A stretch of 64,000 nucleotides of DNA from positions 128,001-192,000 of the forward strand of contig JBLWTJ010000003.1 of NCBI GenBank assembly GCA_048270185.1, written 5' to 3'. The notes beneath the pieces are model-generated. The model searched no databases, had not been told where the DNA came from, and saw only the letters and a list, made by a program, of their open reading frames with translations. This stretch comes from Bacteriovoracaceae bacterium. Its GTDB lineage: Bacteria > Bdellovibrionota > Bacteriovoracia > Bacteriovoracales > Bacteriovoracaceae. Both the position numbers and the translations under genes were made by a program. Of the stretch, positions 1-9,434 are shown piece after piece (positions within the stretch are counted from its first letter, which is position 1; the number at the start of each line of letters is the position of its first letter).

Positions 1-99
1 TATTGTGAAGGGAGAGGCCAGTTAATAGGGAGAGTTGATGACTTGACCAATCGGCCTTAGCTGATAGATTTAGCAAAATTAGGATAATGAAGAAAGATC

Positions 100-131
100 A
101 ACTTATGAGGGGGACAATGCCCCCTTAAGTT
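100..131. terminator. Probable intrinsic terminator hairpin
   Basis: AACTTA-tg-AGGGGG/CCCCCT-TAAGTT inverted repeat next to the stop of the 135..1655 gene. Confidence 0.55.
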
Positions 132-134
132 TTA

Positions 135-1655
135 TTAATCAATTTTATAAAGTAATTTATCAATCTGTGCCTGGTCTTGTTCTGGCGTTGGTGCTTTGGC
201 AAGGATCGCTTTTGCTGCTTCAATCTGTTCGGCCGTCGCATCTTTGTTTGCTAGTGTTTCTCGTGCTTTTGCTTCTTTTGCCAGACGCTCAACTCGTGCC
301 TCTTTGAAATCAATAATCTTCTTTCCTTCAGAGAGAACCTCATCGTATGATATTCCACCTGTTGGCCTTGCTGAAGGAGTCTGTGGTAAAAAGACAAAAT
401 CAGTTCTCTTAAGCTTTAATCTCTTTGATTGAGTTACCATGGCCTTAGCAAATGATTCAAATGCCTTTCTTGGTACATAGTGCTCAGTATCTTTCTTTAA
501 GATATAACGAAGCTGTGAAAGCGTTGAAGCATCAGTACCATTCTTAGGTGCTTTTGAGCTTACTGGAATATAAGTTTGGTAATCAAAAATATTGCTAATC
601 GCAAATTCATGAGCTCCTTTAATTCCAATTGCTTTCATTGTATCATTTGAAGTTGTTGTACAATTGTAGAATGGAGTGATCTCCAATCCTTTCTCTGTTC
701 TCACCTTATGTAATTGTTCTTCAAAGATATCACGAACTTTTAGCATATCTTCTTTTGAACGACTGTAGCCAATAAGGGTGTATGTAGGACGATAGTTAAC
801 TTGACCTTGAATAAGATGGCCAAAGTAGCTTACGAGGTCAGTGTTACTTGCTAGAACTTCTTTCTCACCTTTGAAATAAAAATTAAATGTCTCACCTTTA
901 ACTGTTAGATCATCTTGTAGCTCACCCATACCAATGGCAAAGTGTCCTGCTGCTGATCCTGGCTCTTCTCCTTGGCGTCCACTTAGAGTGACGATAAAGA
1001 CATGGTCTCCTGGAGTTGCTTGGTAATTATCTCTGTAGCGAATTGTTCCACGAAATGGTTTATCACTTTGTGAATTCTTATTCTTTGGCATTTCATTTAA
1101 GATATATTTAAGTCCATTCTTTTTAAACTTCTTAGAAGCCTCATAGTTATTCTCACCGGCCGTAAAAAGATTGGCGGGGATAATGGCATTGATGATAAAA
1201 GTATCATCTTCCATATGTCCTTGAGTATGAACTTTCTTGCCAACAAAGTAGTTACGACTTTTTTCATCAAATTCATAACCATAGATTTTCTTTGTACGGC
1301 CAAATTTTGCTTTTTGTCCATCAATGTAGAAGCCGTCCTCACTCTTGGTAAGTGTTCCGATACGATCTTCAATGTCAGCAACTACTCGTGGCATCTTATC
1401 GATATTTAATTTATCGCCCTCAAGATCACCATCAAATTCAAAAACATAATTAGGTGAGTTTGTTAGAACATGGTCGAGGTGTTTATTATACTTGCTTGGG
1501 TAGTTGATTAAGACATTCTTAATTTCACTTCCAACATGAATATTGGCCCGTACTTCATTTTCTTTCTTTAGTAATTTACCTCTAAAAGATTCTGCACTGG
1601 TATATGAGCTTAGTAGCATCAAGGCAACCATTCCAATATAGCTAGTATTTTTCAT
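135..1655 (-). CDS. Secreted hypothetical protein; possible permuted papain-like (GH...NC) domain
   Basis: 506-aa ORF, signal-peptide-like N-terminus, GGAGAG RBS, AAGHFAIG and FYNCTT motifs. Confidence 0.75.
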   Translation of the reverse strand: MKNTSYIGMVALMLLSSYTSAESFRGKLLKKENEVRANIHVGSEIKNVLINYPSKYNKHLDHVLTNSPNYVFEFDGDLEGDKLNIDKMPRVVADIEDRIGTLTKSEDGFYIDGQKAKFGRTKKIYGYEFDEKSRNYFVGKKVHTQGHMEDDTFIINAIIPANLFTAGENNYEASKKFKKNGLKYILNEMPKNKNSQSDKPFRGTIRYRDNYQATPGDHVFIVTLSGRQGEEPGSAAGHFAIGMGELQDDLTVKGETFNFYFKGEKEVLASNTDLVSYFGHLIQGQVNYRPTYTLIGYSRSKEDMLKVRDIFEEQLHKVRTEKGLEITPFYNCTTTSNDTMKAIGIKGAHEFAISNIFDYQTYIPVSSKAPKNGTDASTLSQLRYILKKDTEHYVPRKAFESFAKAMVTQSKRLKLKRTDFVFLPQTPSARPTGGISYDEVLSEGKKIIDFKEARVERLAKEAKARETLANKDATAEQIEAAKAILAKAPTPEQDQAQIDKLLYKID

Positions 1656-1687
1656 AACTCTCTCCTAAATTGATTTAGGAATATATT

Positions 1688-1703
1688 TGCAATGAATATG
1701 CCA
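1688..1703 (-). promoter_or_regulatory. Candidate sigma54 (-24/-12) promoter
   Basis: Minus strand TGGCAT-ATTCA-TTGCA with exact GG-N10-GC spacing, 32 nt upstream of the start at 1655. Confidence 0.65.
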
Positions 1704-1754
1704 GAATGTTTATTGATTTTTAATGACTTAGGACGAAATAAATGTTGATAAGAA

Positions 1755-1783
1755 GCCTATTGTCTAAGGAATAGACAATAGGC
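1755..1783. promoter_or_regulatory. Perfect 12-bp inverted repeat (terminator and/or activator site, core TGTCTA-N5-TAGACA)
   Basis: GCCTATTGTCTA-AGGAA-TAGACAATAGGC. Confidence 0.55.
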
Positions 1784-1797
1784 GTTCATTAATTGGA

Positions 1798-2388
1798 TTA
1801 GAATTGAGCATCAATATAATGACGAATTTCTGACATCGTCATCATATCTTCAGCGTCCATACAGAACTCACCACGAGCATCAGCGACACTGATCTCTTCA
1901 GCAACTTCTGATACTGATAGCTTCTTACTTACTGGACGTCTATCGTTAAGGTCTCCAACGAATTCAGCAAGAGTTGTTCCTGTTACAGACTGAGCAACAC
2001 GAGCTTCTTGGATAAGCTTAATTTGTGACTTATAGTTCTTTCTACTGCCATCAATGATACCAGTTGCTGCTAGTGTACTTGATGAACCATGGTATACAGC
2101 TTCAGTTGATGAAGTAATACCATCTTGCATTATGTCTAGTGCGATAAGATCAATAATAATATTGTCTGAATCTGCTAAAAGAGCAGCACCAGCAGCATAA
2201 GTGGCCGAAGCTAGTTCAAGTCCAACATAACCAACTGTTACTCCTGTTGTACTAAGTACAGCTGCCGTTTTAACTGCATTGTCACTTGGTGCAAGGTTCT
2301 TCTCTTTGTACATTTCAAGACATGATGCTTGAGTTGATAGTCCTGCCATTAAGCATAGTAGCCCTAGGGCAATAAATGATTTTTTCAT
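1798..2388 (-). CDS. Secreted hypothetical protein
   Basis: 196-aa ORF, signal peptide ending TQA, AGGAG RBS. Confidence 0.8.
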   Translation of the reverse strand: MKKSFIALGLLCLMAGLSTQASCLEMYKEKNLAPSDNAVKTAAVLSTTGVTVGYVGLELASATYAAGAALLADSDNIIIDLIALDIMQDGITSSTEAVYHGSSSTLAATGIIDGSRKNYKSQIKLIQEARVAQSVTGTTLAEFVGDLNDRRPVSKKLSVSEVAEEISVADARGEFCMDAEDMMTMSEIRHYIDAQF

Positions 2389-2401
2389 ATTCTTCTCCTT
2401 A

Positions 2402-3922
2402 TTATTTTAGTGTTTCTGTCCATCTTTCATGTAGAAACTGTAATTTACTCTGGTGGTTTAAAATATCTTCATTAACTAAGAGTCCTTTATATGGCCTTTT
2501 AGCTACTTGTATTCTTCTCTTTGTACGGTGATCTTGTTTCCATCTTGTGACGGCCTTTTTGGATTTCTTAATATTCTTTTTTTGAATTTCGCTAAACTTA
2601 GTTTCTCCATAAAAGTCTTTTAAGTCTTTTTTCACATCAGCAATACACTGGTCGTCCTTACAAATACGGTAGAGGTTTACTGGAACCTTTGTTAAACCAT
2701 GAAGCTCATCAAATTCCATCTTCTCAATACCTTTCATGACTGATTCATAGTACTTGAATGAGTCGAGGTCAAAGGCCACGATTTCAATAAGCTTTCGCAT
2801 CTCTTTCTTATTTAGCTTTTTCTCAAGCTTCTTTACTTGCTCAACTGAAAGATCGTATTGCAGATAGCTTTCGTCTTTGATTCCTGTGATTTTTACAACT
2901 TTCTTCTTAAGTTCACGTAATGAGTGAATCTTAATAATAGGGTATGGGTTTATCATTGCTCTTTGCAGATAATCTGGAAGAGTGAGAGGTATACGCCCTT
3001 TTAAACCAAGCTTCTTGTGATATGGAAGTCCTACTTGTTTGAAAAAGTTAACTAAGGCACCAGCACAGTTATTTGAGAAAAAGGTATAGTCTCCAAGTTC
3101 ACTACTTTCTGGAAGTGAATACATAATAGGGAATATTTGTTCGACACTTAACTTCTTGTTTTCTTCGGTCTGTGTCGGAACTTCTGTTCGAGGAATCGCC
3201 GATAGAGCGTAGAGAGCACCTGTTAATGATTTTAGTGGTAGAACTCCATATTTACCTTCTCCAAACTTTTCATCTGAATATTTCTTTAAATTATCGACAG
3301 TTGTTTGAAGTACTTCTTTTCTTGTCTCAAGTTGATGATTAACAACTAGTTGCCACTGCTCTTTCAATTGAGCGATGATTCTTTCTCTAATTTCTTTATC
3401 TGAAATAATAATATAGCGGTCAAGATCACGTCTTTGATTATTGGTGTAATCATCCATGAACATTCTTAAACTCTTTACTTGAGGAAAGACTGGGTAGCCC
3501 CCAAAGATTCCTTTAAAGTAATTAAGTTTTAATGAGTCCATATTGGCAACAAAGCTCAGAACTACGTCATCACCTTCTTCGCCAATATTATCGACAAAGC
3601 GAAGCATGGTATGGCCAAAGCCACTTTCAATATTTGACCAAGAGCTTGAGGCAATTACCAGCTCTAATCCAATTATTTGGCCCTTCTCGTGGCGATCAAA
3701 GAGGCGTTTAAAGAAGCGTGCATTTTGATTGATTAAGTCTTGGTAGCTGGCCGACCAATTGATTAGGTCTGTGCGTTTTTTGATTTTCTTTTCTTTGCGT
3801 TTCTCTTCACGTCTTTCGCGCTGTCTCTCTTCAAATTGAGAGTTGCCGTCACGACGAGCGTGAGCTTGACTCGAATTTAATAATGTCACTAATACTGCTA
3901 AGAGTATCGAGATTCGCTTCAT
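2402..3922 (-). CDS. DUF4105 / Lnb N-terminal-like domain secreted protein
   Basis: FGHTMLRF and YTFFSNNCA motifs typical of DUF4105; signal peptide; start moved to M5 behind GGAG. Confidence 0.7.
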   Translation of the reverse strand: MKRISILLAVLVTLLNSSQAHARRDGNSQFEERQRERREEKRKEKKIKKRTDLINWSASYQDLINQNARFFKRLFDRHEKGQIIGLELVIASSSWSNIESGFGHTMLRFVDNIGEEGDDVVLSFVANMDSLKLNYFKGIFGGYPVFPQVKSLRMFMDDYTNNQRRDLDRYIIISDKEIRERIIAQLKEQWQLVVNHQLETRKEVLQTTVDNLKKYSDEKFGEGKYGVLPLKSLTGALYALSAIPRTEVPTQTEENKKLSVEQIFPIMYSLPESSELGDYTFFSNNCAGALVNFFKQVGLPYHKKLGLKGRIPLTLPDYLQRAMINPYPIIKIHSLRELKKKVVKITGIKDESYLQYDLSVEQVKKLEKKLNKKEMRKLIEIVAFDLDSFKYYESVMKGIEKMEFDELHGLTKVPVNLYRICKDDQCIADVKKDLKDFYGETKFSEIQKKNIKKSKKAVTRWKQDHRTKRRIQVAKRPYKGLLVNEDILNHQSKLQFLHERWTETLK

Positions 3923-4020
3923 ATTTTTCTCCATATAAACATAGTTAATATAGAGTAAATAAGAGCTTTCTAGTTATGATTTGAAAATAATCAAGGGGGC
4001 GTCAATAATTTAAACACCCT

Positions 4021-4479
4021 TTAAAGACTTGAGTTTACGATATCAAGATCAATACCTTGGTCTTTAAAGTGTGTCTTAAGGTAGAGATTCTTTGCTTGAG
4101 GAGTGCCTTTTTCAATTAGCCCAAAAGTAACTCCTTTGATTTCAACAAAAGCATAGCTATCAAAGTTCATGGCATTTAGGATAATGGCCTGATTTGATTT
4201 TGATCCGCCAAAGGCCGATCCCATGAGACTTGCTGCGATTCCAGATCCACTTGGTTTTTCTTGATTGGCATCGAGTATTGCTTGGGCCTGTTCAATATCA
4301 TCATAGCCAACATCGTAACTCTTGATTTCGTTATTCTTAATTGTGAAGCCATAAGGGCAATGAAGACAACTTGTTTTACAACAAGAGCCGCGATTACGAA
4401 GAAATTGAGAGGTTTTCACCTCTCGTCCTTCTTCATTAGTATAAGTTAATTGTGCTTTATCTTTTGTGTTTTCTGACAT
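4021..4479 (-). CDS. DUF5522-like Cys-rich domain protein
   Basis: RGSCCKTSCLHCPYG motif; starts 2 nt after the yebC stop. Confidence 0.65.
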   Translation of the reverse strand: MSENTKDKAQLTYTNEEGREVKTSQFLRNRGSCCKTSCLHCPYGFTIKNNEIKSYDVGYDDIEQAQAILDANQEKPSGSGIAASLMGSAFGGSKSNQAIILNAMNFDSYAFVEIKGVTFGLIEKGTPQAKNLYLKTHFKDQGIDLDIVNSSL

Positions 4480-4481
4480 GA

Positions 4482-5213
4482 TTATAGATTCTCAAATCTC
4501 TCATCATACTGAATATTGTGATAGACCTTAAGAACGTCTTCGTCACTTTCAAGGCCATCAACCATTTTCATGACTGTTAGGTATGTCTCGTCATCAACTT
4601 CTTTAAAAGTAAGAGGGACTTGTTCAAGCGTCGCTTCTTCTGGAGTAATTCCCATTTCTTCTAATTTCTTTGAGATCGAACCAAAGACTTCCATTGGCCC
4701 TGTAATGCTAAAGTATCCATCTTCTACTTCAATATCTTCCGCTCCCGCATCAATCATTTCTAGTGTGAAATCGTCTTCGTCAAGTTCTCCAACTGGAACT
4801 TCAAAAAGGGCCTTGCGATTAAATACAAATTGAAGTGAACCAGTCGTTCCTAGTGATCCACCTGCTTTCTTGAAGTGAACACGAACATTAGCGACTGTTC
4901 TTGTGACATTATTTGTAGAAGCTTCTACGAAGATGGCAACACCGTTTGGCCCATAACCTTCATAGTTGATTTCTTCATAACCATCATCATCAGTACCAAG
5001 ACCTTTCTTAATAGCGCGGTCAATATTATCTTTTGGAACATTACTGGCCTTACACTTATCGAGTGCAATTTTTAAGAGAAAGTTTGAACCTGGATCATCA
5101 CCACCTGATTTAACAGCTTTTGTCACTTCAAATAGAAGCTTTGTGTACATCTGGCTCTTTGCCTTATCTAAGGCACCTTTTTTCTTAACAATATTGGCCC
5201 ATTTTCTTCCCAT
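4482..5213 (-). CDS. yebC: YebC/PmpR family protein
   Basis: KWANI, NIDRAIKK, YEGYGPNG and VYHN signature motifs. Confidence 0.95.
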   Translation of the reverse strand: MGRKWANIVKKKGALDKAKSQMYTKLLFEVTKAVKSGGDDPGSNFLLKIALDKCKASNVPKDNIDRAIKKGLGTDDDGYEEINYEGYGPNGVAIFVEASTNNVTRTVANVRVHFKKAGGSLGTTGSLQFVFNRKALFEVPVGELDEDDFTLEMIDAGAEDIEVEDGYFSITGPMEVFGSISKKLEEMGITPEEATLEQVPLTFKEVDDETYLTVMKMVDGLESDEDVLKVYHNIQYDERFENL

Positions 5214-5292
5214 AGAATCCTCTGTTTAAATAAATTTTCAATTTTGAGATAATAATCCCATAGGGGGAAGATGTCGAGAATTCAGAAGAATT

Positions 5293-5808
5293 CTAGGGAT
5301 TAGAGGCGAGGTATTGCTCTGCGCGCCAGATTCCAATAAAACTGAGTCCTGAGCTCATGGAAGTGACGTTTTCACCGTCTAAAAGGATCGTTGTAGGAGT
5401 GGATTTCACTTCTAGTTGCCTCGCAGCATAGGGTGATGAAATAAAGTTGAATTGATAAGGGCTCTGTCCAATAAATTTTCTTATGGTGGATTTATTCTCA
5501 AAGGCATTTATAGCATAAATTTGTTCAGGCCTAAGTTTTCCCTCAAGAACTGATTGGTGAAGTCTCTTCATTTCTATCTTGCAAGGGCCACACCAAGTCG
5601 CCCAGAAAATTGCTAAGGTTTTCCTATTTTTAGTTAATTCAGGGAAGTGGATTTTTGATTGTGTACGAATCTCAATATATTCTTTTGGCGCAAGCTTTGT
5701 TCCTTCTTTTTTAAAATTATTCACAACAGCAGGTGCTTGCTTATAAAGAATAAAGCTAATAAGTAATAGGGAAATGGTATTCGTTGCAATATTCCACTTC
5801 TTTTTCAT
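5293..5808 (-). CDS. TlpA-family thioredoxin-like disulfide reductase, membrane anchored
   Basis: FWATWCGPC active site and N-terminal TM segment. Confidence 0.85.
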   Translation of the reverse strand: MKKKWNIATNTISLLLISFILYKQAPAVVNNFKKEGTKLAPKEYIEIRTQSKIHFPELTKNRKTLAIFWATWCGPCKIEMKRLHQSVLEGKLRPEQIYAINAFENKSTIRKFIGQSPYQFNFISSPYAARQLEVKSTPTTILLDGENVTSMSSGLSFIGIWRAEQYLASNP

Positions 5809-5945
5809 GGCACATATTTTAGCATGTAATGAAATCTCAAGCCTTAAATAAATCCTAATTTTTTTAGAGGGTGTAAGTGCGCTAAAGTACTGTATTGATC
5901 GACTAAGAAATAGACGCGCTCCTTGATATGTAGTAATTTATAGAC

Positions 5946-6167
5946 ATGGAAAATAACGAATATGAAAAGAGATTGATCGCTTTAGAAGAGAAATTCTCGC
6001 ACCAAGATCATTTACTAACCGAACTAAATGCAATCGTGACAAAGCAAGAATTTATCATTGATGAATTAGTGAAGCATGTGAATCACTTAATCGCTAGCTC
6101 AACACAAGAGGCAACAGAGCAGATGACCCTTGAGAACCTTAAGGATTATAAGCCACCTCATTACTAG
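5946..6167 (+). CDS. slyX: SlyX family protein
   Basis: RLIALEEKFSHQD...ELN coiled coil and C-terminal PPHY. Confidence 0.9.
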   Translation: MENNEYEKRLIALEEKFSHQDHLLTELNAIVTKQEFIIDELVKHVNHLIASSTQEATEQMTLENLKDYKPPHY

Positions 6168-6175
6168 GAATCTCC

Positions 6176-7663
6176 ATGATCAAATTAGAACAGGCCTATC
6201 AGGGTCTGCGTGAATATAAGAATCTCTCAGGTTTTCCTGAGCAAACTCCAAACGCTCACTTTACCCGTGTCAAGCCTGAGCCAAGTGAGAATCCAAAACT
6301 GCTTTGTTGGTCTAGCGACCTTGCAAAGACCATGAAGATTGACGATTCTCAAAAAGATCTTTGGGTTAAGCTCTTAAGCGGAAATCAAGATATGTATGAA
6401 CCAAGTGCTGTGGCCACTCGCTATGGAGGCCATCAATTTGGTCATTGGGCCGGGCAGCTTGGAGATGGCCGTGCCATGACTTTAGGACTCCATGAAGGTT
6501 TAGAAGTTCAATTAAAAGGAGCAGGACTTACTCCATATTCAAGAGGAGCCGATGGAAAGGCCGTCCTGCGCTCATCTCTTAGAGAATATATTTGTAGTGA
6601 GGCCATGTTCCATCTTGGCGTTCCAACGACGAGGGCCTTGAGTCTAGTAGAGACTGGAGAAGATGTATTAAGAGATATGTTCTACGATGGAAATGCTGCC
6701 TATGAAAAGGGTGCTATCTGTTCTCGAATTGCACCAAGCTTCCTGCGCTTTGGCCATTATCAAATCTTTGCTAAAAACTTTGAATTAGAAGAATTAAAAG
6801 AGATTGTGGATTTTACTATTGATAATTTCTATCCTGGTATGAGTATTAAAGAAATGTTTAATGAGGTCGTTAGGCGAACAGCATTTCTTATGAGTGAGTG
6901 GATGCGCTTAGGCTTTGTCCACGGGGTCATGAATACTGATAATTTATCAATGCTAGGTCTTACTATTGATTATGGGCCATATGGATGGCTTGATCGCTTT
7001 GATCCGAATTGGACTCCGAATACAACTGACTTTAGAAATAGACGCTATCGCTTTATAAATCAGGCCAGTATTGCTTACTGGAATCTTGATCAATTAAGAG
7101 AAGCCTTACAAGATATAAGCTTAGAAAGTTTAGATGAAAATCTTGGAAAATTTCCTACTTACTTCAATGAGTTCTTCCAAGGAGTCATGGCCAAGAAATT
7201 AGGCCTTGTAACTTGCAGTGAAGGGTTTATTGATGGTCTATTTGATCTTCAGTATGAGCTTGAAGCTGATATGACGCTATTTTATCGCAGCCTCATGACA
7301 TTGATGAAAGGTGAAGAAGTTAATTGGTCTGAGGTCTTTTATAAAAGCTTAGGCGAGAGTGAACTTGGCCGTATCAACCGATGGGTAGAGAAGTGGCAGC
7401 GTGAGCAAAAACTTCAAAGAGTTGACTTTGGTGAAGCGCTAGTAAAAATGGCAAAAGTTAATCCTGTCTTTATTCCAAGAAATTATATCGTGCAACTCGT
7501 TCTTGATGATCTTGAAAAAGGTGATGAGAAGAGTTTAAGAAATTTAGAACAGGCCATTTTAAGTCCATATGAATTGAACGAATTCACAAGGCCATTCTTT
7601 AAGAAAGCACCAGAGTGGTCAACGACAAGGGCCGGTTGCTCGACCCTGTCGTGTTCAAGCTAA
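6176..7663 (+). CDS. selO: Protein adenylyltransferase SelO (YdiU)
   Basis: YGGHQFG, GQLGDGR, LKGAGLTPYSR, HGVMNTDN, IDYGPYG motifs; C-terminal LSCSS (Cys form). Confidence 0.95.
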   Translation: MIKLEQAYQGLREYKNLSGFPEQTPNAHFTRVKPEPSENPKLLCWSSDLAKTMKIDDSQKDLWVKLLSGNQDMYEPSAVATRYGGHQFGHWAGQLGDGRAMTLGLHEGLEVQLKGAGLTPYSRGADGKAVLRSSLREYICSEAMFHLGVPTTRALSLVETGEDVLRDMFYDGNAAYEKGAICSRIAPSFLRFGHYQIFAKNFELEELKEIVDFTIDNFYPGMSIKEMFNEVVRRTAFLMSEWMRLGFVHGVMNTDNLSMLGLTIDYGPYGWLDRFDPNWTPNTTDFRNRRYRFINQASIAYWNLDQLREALQDISLESLDENLGKFPTYFNEFFQGVMAKKLGLVTCSEGFIDGLFDLQYELEADMTLFYRSLMTLMKGEEVNWSEVFYKSLGESELGRINRWVEKWQREQKLQRVDFGEALVKMAKVNPVFIPRNYIVQLVLDDLEKGDEKSLRNLEQAILSPYELNEFTRPFFKKAPEWSTTRAGCSTLSCSS

Positions 7664-7672
7664 CCGGTAACC

Positions 7673-7883
7673 GGTGCACGCAACCTTTTCGAGATTCAAA
7701 CTACTTAAAGACTTTTGTTCTCGTTAAAAGGATCAACTTTCTCAAAAAGTAAGATGTTTATTAATTTTTCTAATAAAGAAAGATAGATAAACAGATTTCT
7801 ACTTATAGACAGGTGAGTTTCAAATGTTATTTGAGTTTCAACTCACTGTATGTAGTTAGTTTCACGAAAAGTATCCGCGTACC
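7673..7883. mobile_element. Putative MITE/REP-like element with imperfect 32-bp terminal inverted repeats
   Basis: 7673-7704 matches the reverse complement of 7852-7883 at 23/32 positions; the left end recurs at 54134 (23/25). Confidence 0.5.
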
Positions 7884-7885
7884 AA

Positions 7886-8323
7886 CTAGTTACAGAACTG
7901 CTCTGGAGCTCTTTGCCAAGTTGGTTCACACATACTTAGCCACTTTCCTTTGTAATAGTGAGCAAATCCGTACCACCAAGTAACGTGGTCTTTATTTGTT
8001 AGCTTCACTTCATCTGGGTATACATTTGGTTCAACGCCGTTAATAGCATAACACCAACCATGGGCATTCATTTCAAAGTCACTAATAATCTCCATGGCAT
8101 CAAGACCTGTTGGAGTATTAAAGATCGATTTCATCCCAACACGTGATCCTTGGAACTCAATACCATTGTCCGTTAGAATCTTTACTGTAGCATCACCAAC
8201 ATTTGTCTCAGAAATTTCAACAGTTGTTGAAAAGAGTGGCTTTTCAGCACATGGCCCGATAACTTCAAAAGTAGCTGCTTGTAGATAGATAGATGATACT
8301 AATAATAACAGTATTTTAAACAT
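7886..8323 (-). CDS. DUF4430 domain secreted protein
   Basis: GWCYAING and VTWWY motifs; start at M13 behind AGGAG. Confidence 0.7.
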   Translation of the reverse strand: MFKILLLLVSSIYLQAATFEVIGPCAEKPLFSTTVEISETNVGDATVKILTDNGIEFQGSRVGMKSIFNTPTGLDAMEIISDFEMNAHGWCYAINGVEPNVYPDEVKLTNKDHVTWWYGFAHYYKGKWLSMCEPTWQRAPEQFCN

Positions 8324-8402
8324 GAATTCTCCTTGTTTAGAGCTTTCTACCACGCTCATTTTGAGATTGCCATGACCCTAGGCGCATCACTATCATTCTT
8401 AC

Positions 8403-9434
8403 ATGACTAAATACGTTTGGGGTAGTGAAGAGACCCAATATTTCTTCAAATTAGGTCCTGATGCCATCCTTGATGCCATTGATGAGGTTGGCTTTAAGAC
8501 CACAGGTCGCTGCCTTCCTCTAAATAGTATTGAAAATCGGGTCTATGAAATTGAAGTGGACCGTCCTGATGCAGAAATAAATTCTCCAAGCGATCACTTT
8601 ATTGTGGCAAAGTTCTATCGTCCTGGGCGTTGGTCAAAAGAGCAAATCTTAGATGAGCATGAGTTCTTAAATGATCTGGTTGAAGCTGAAGTTCCTGTGA
8701 TCCCTCCAATTGTAATTGATGGTGAAACACTCTTTGAAATGAAAGAGCATAAGATTTATTACTGTCTTTATGAAAAGCGCGGAGGTCGAAATCCTGAAGA
8801 GATGAATACTGAGCAACTTGAAATTATGGGAAGATCTCTGGCCCGTATTCATAGTGTCGGGGCCTTACGAGGGGCCAATCACCGAATTAAATTGGGTCCT
8901 GAAAGTTATGGTGTGGCAAATATTGAATTCCTTAAATCCACCGATTTTATCCCAAGTGATATTCGTGAAAATTATCTTATGATGACGGATCAAATTATCA
9001 CCAAGGCCAAGACTCTCTTTACTGGTGTTGCGACTCAAAGAATTCATGGGGATTTTCATAAGGGAAATATCATCTTAAGAGGTGATGACTCTTACTTTGT
9101 TGATTTTGACGATATGGTGACAGGCCCCGTTGTTCAAGACGTGTGGCCAATTTGTCCGGGGGACGATCAGCAGTCAATCATTGATCGAAATATCTTCTTG
9201 GAAGCCTACGATAGTATTCGTCCATTTCCACATGAACAGATAAAGCTTATTCCGGCCTTGAGAGCTCTACGCTTGATTCATTTTTCAGCGTGGATTGGAA
9301 AGAGGTGGAGTGATCCATCTTTCAAGCATACTTTCAGTTACTATGAATCTCCAAATTACTGGTATGGCCAGATGAATGACTTTCGAGAAATCTTAGCAAA
9401 GATGAGTGAGAGCGATGAAGGATATTATTACTAA
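8403..9434 (+). CDS. srkA: Stress response Ser/Thr kinase SrkA/RdoA
   Basis: LNSIENRVY, KFYRPGRWS, HGDFHKGN, DFDD and RWSDPSF motifs. Confidence 0.92.
   Translation: MTKYVWGSEETQYFFKLGPDAILDAIDEVGFKTTGRCLPLNSIENRVYEIEVDRPDAEINSPSDHFIVAKFYRPGRWSKEQILDEHEFLNDLVEAEVPVIPPIVIDGETLFEMKEHKIYYCLYEKRGGRNPEEMNTEQLEIMGRSLARIHSVGALRGANHRIKLGPESYGVANIEFLKSTDFIPSDIRENYLMMTDQIITKAKTLFTGVATQRIHGDFHKGNIILRGDDSYFVDFDDMVTGPVVQDVWPICPGDDQQSIIDRNIFLEAYDSIRPFPHEQIKLIPALRALRLIHFSAWIGKRWSDPSFKHTFSYYESPNYWYGQMNDFREILAKMSESDEGYYY

Noticed and set aside
1..60. Possible 3' end of a plus-strand CDS (YCEGRGQLIGRVDDLTNRP*)
   Set aside because: Only 19 codons are visible and cannot be distinguished from chance.
7640..7720. 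Selenocysteine read-through or SECIS at the end of selO
   Set aside because: The C-terminal motif uses TGC/TGT Cys codons and the stop is TAA; there is no in-frame TGA.
8324..8402. Cobalamin riboswitch upstream of the DUF4430 gene
   Set aside because: The intergenic gap is about 80 bp and shows no B12-box or GGGAA core.
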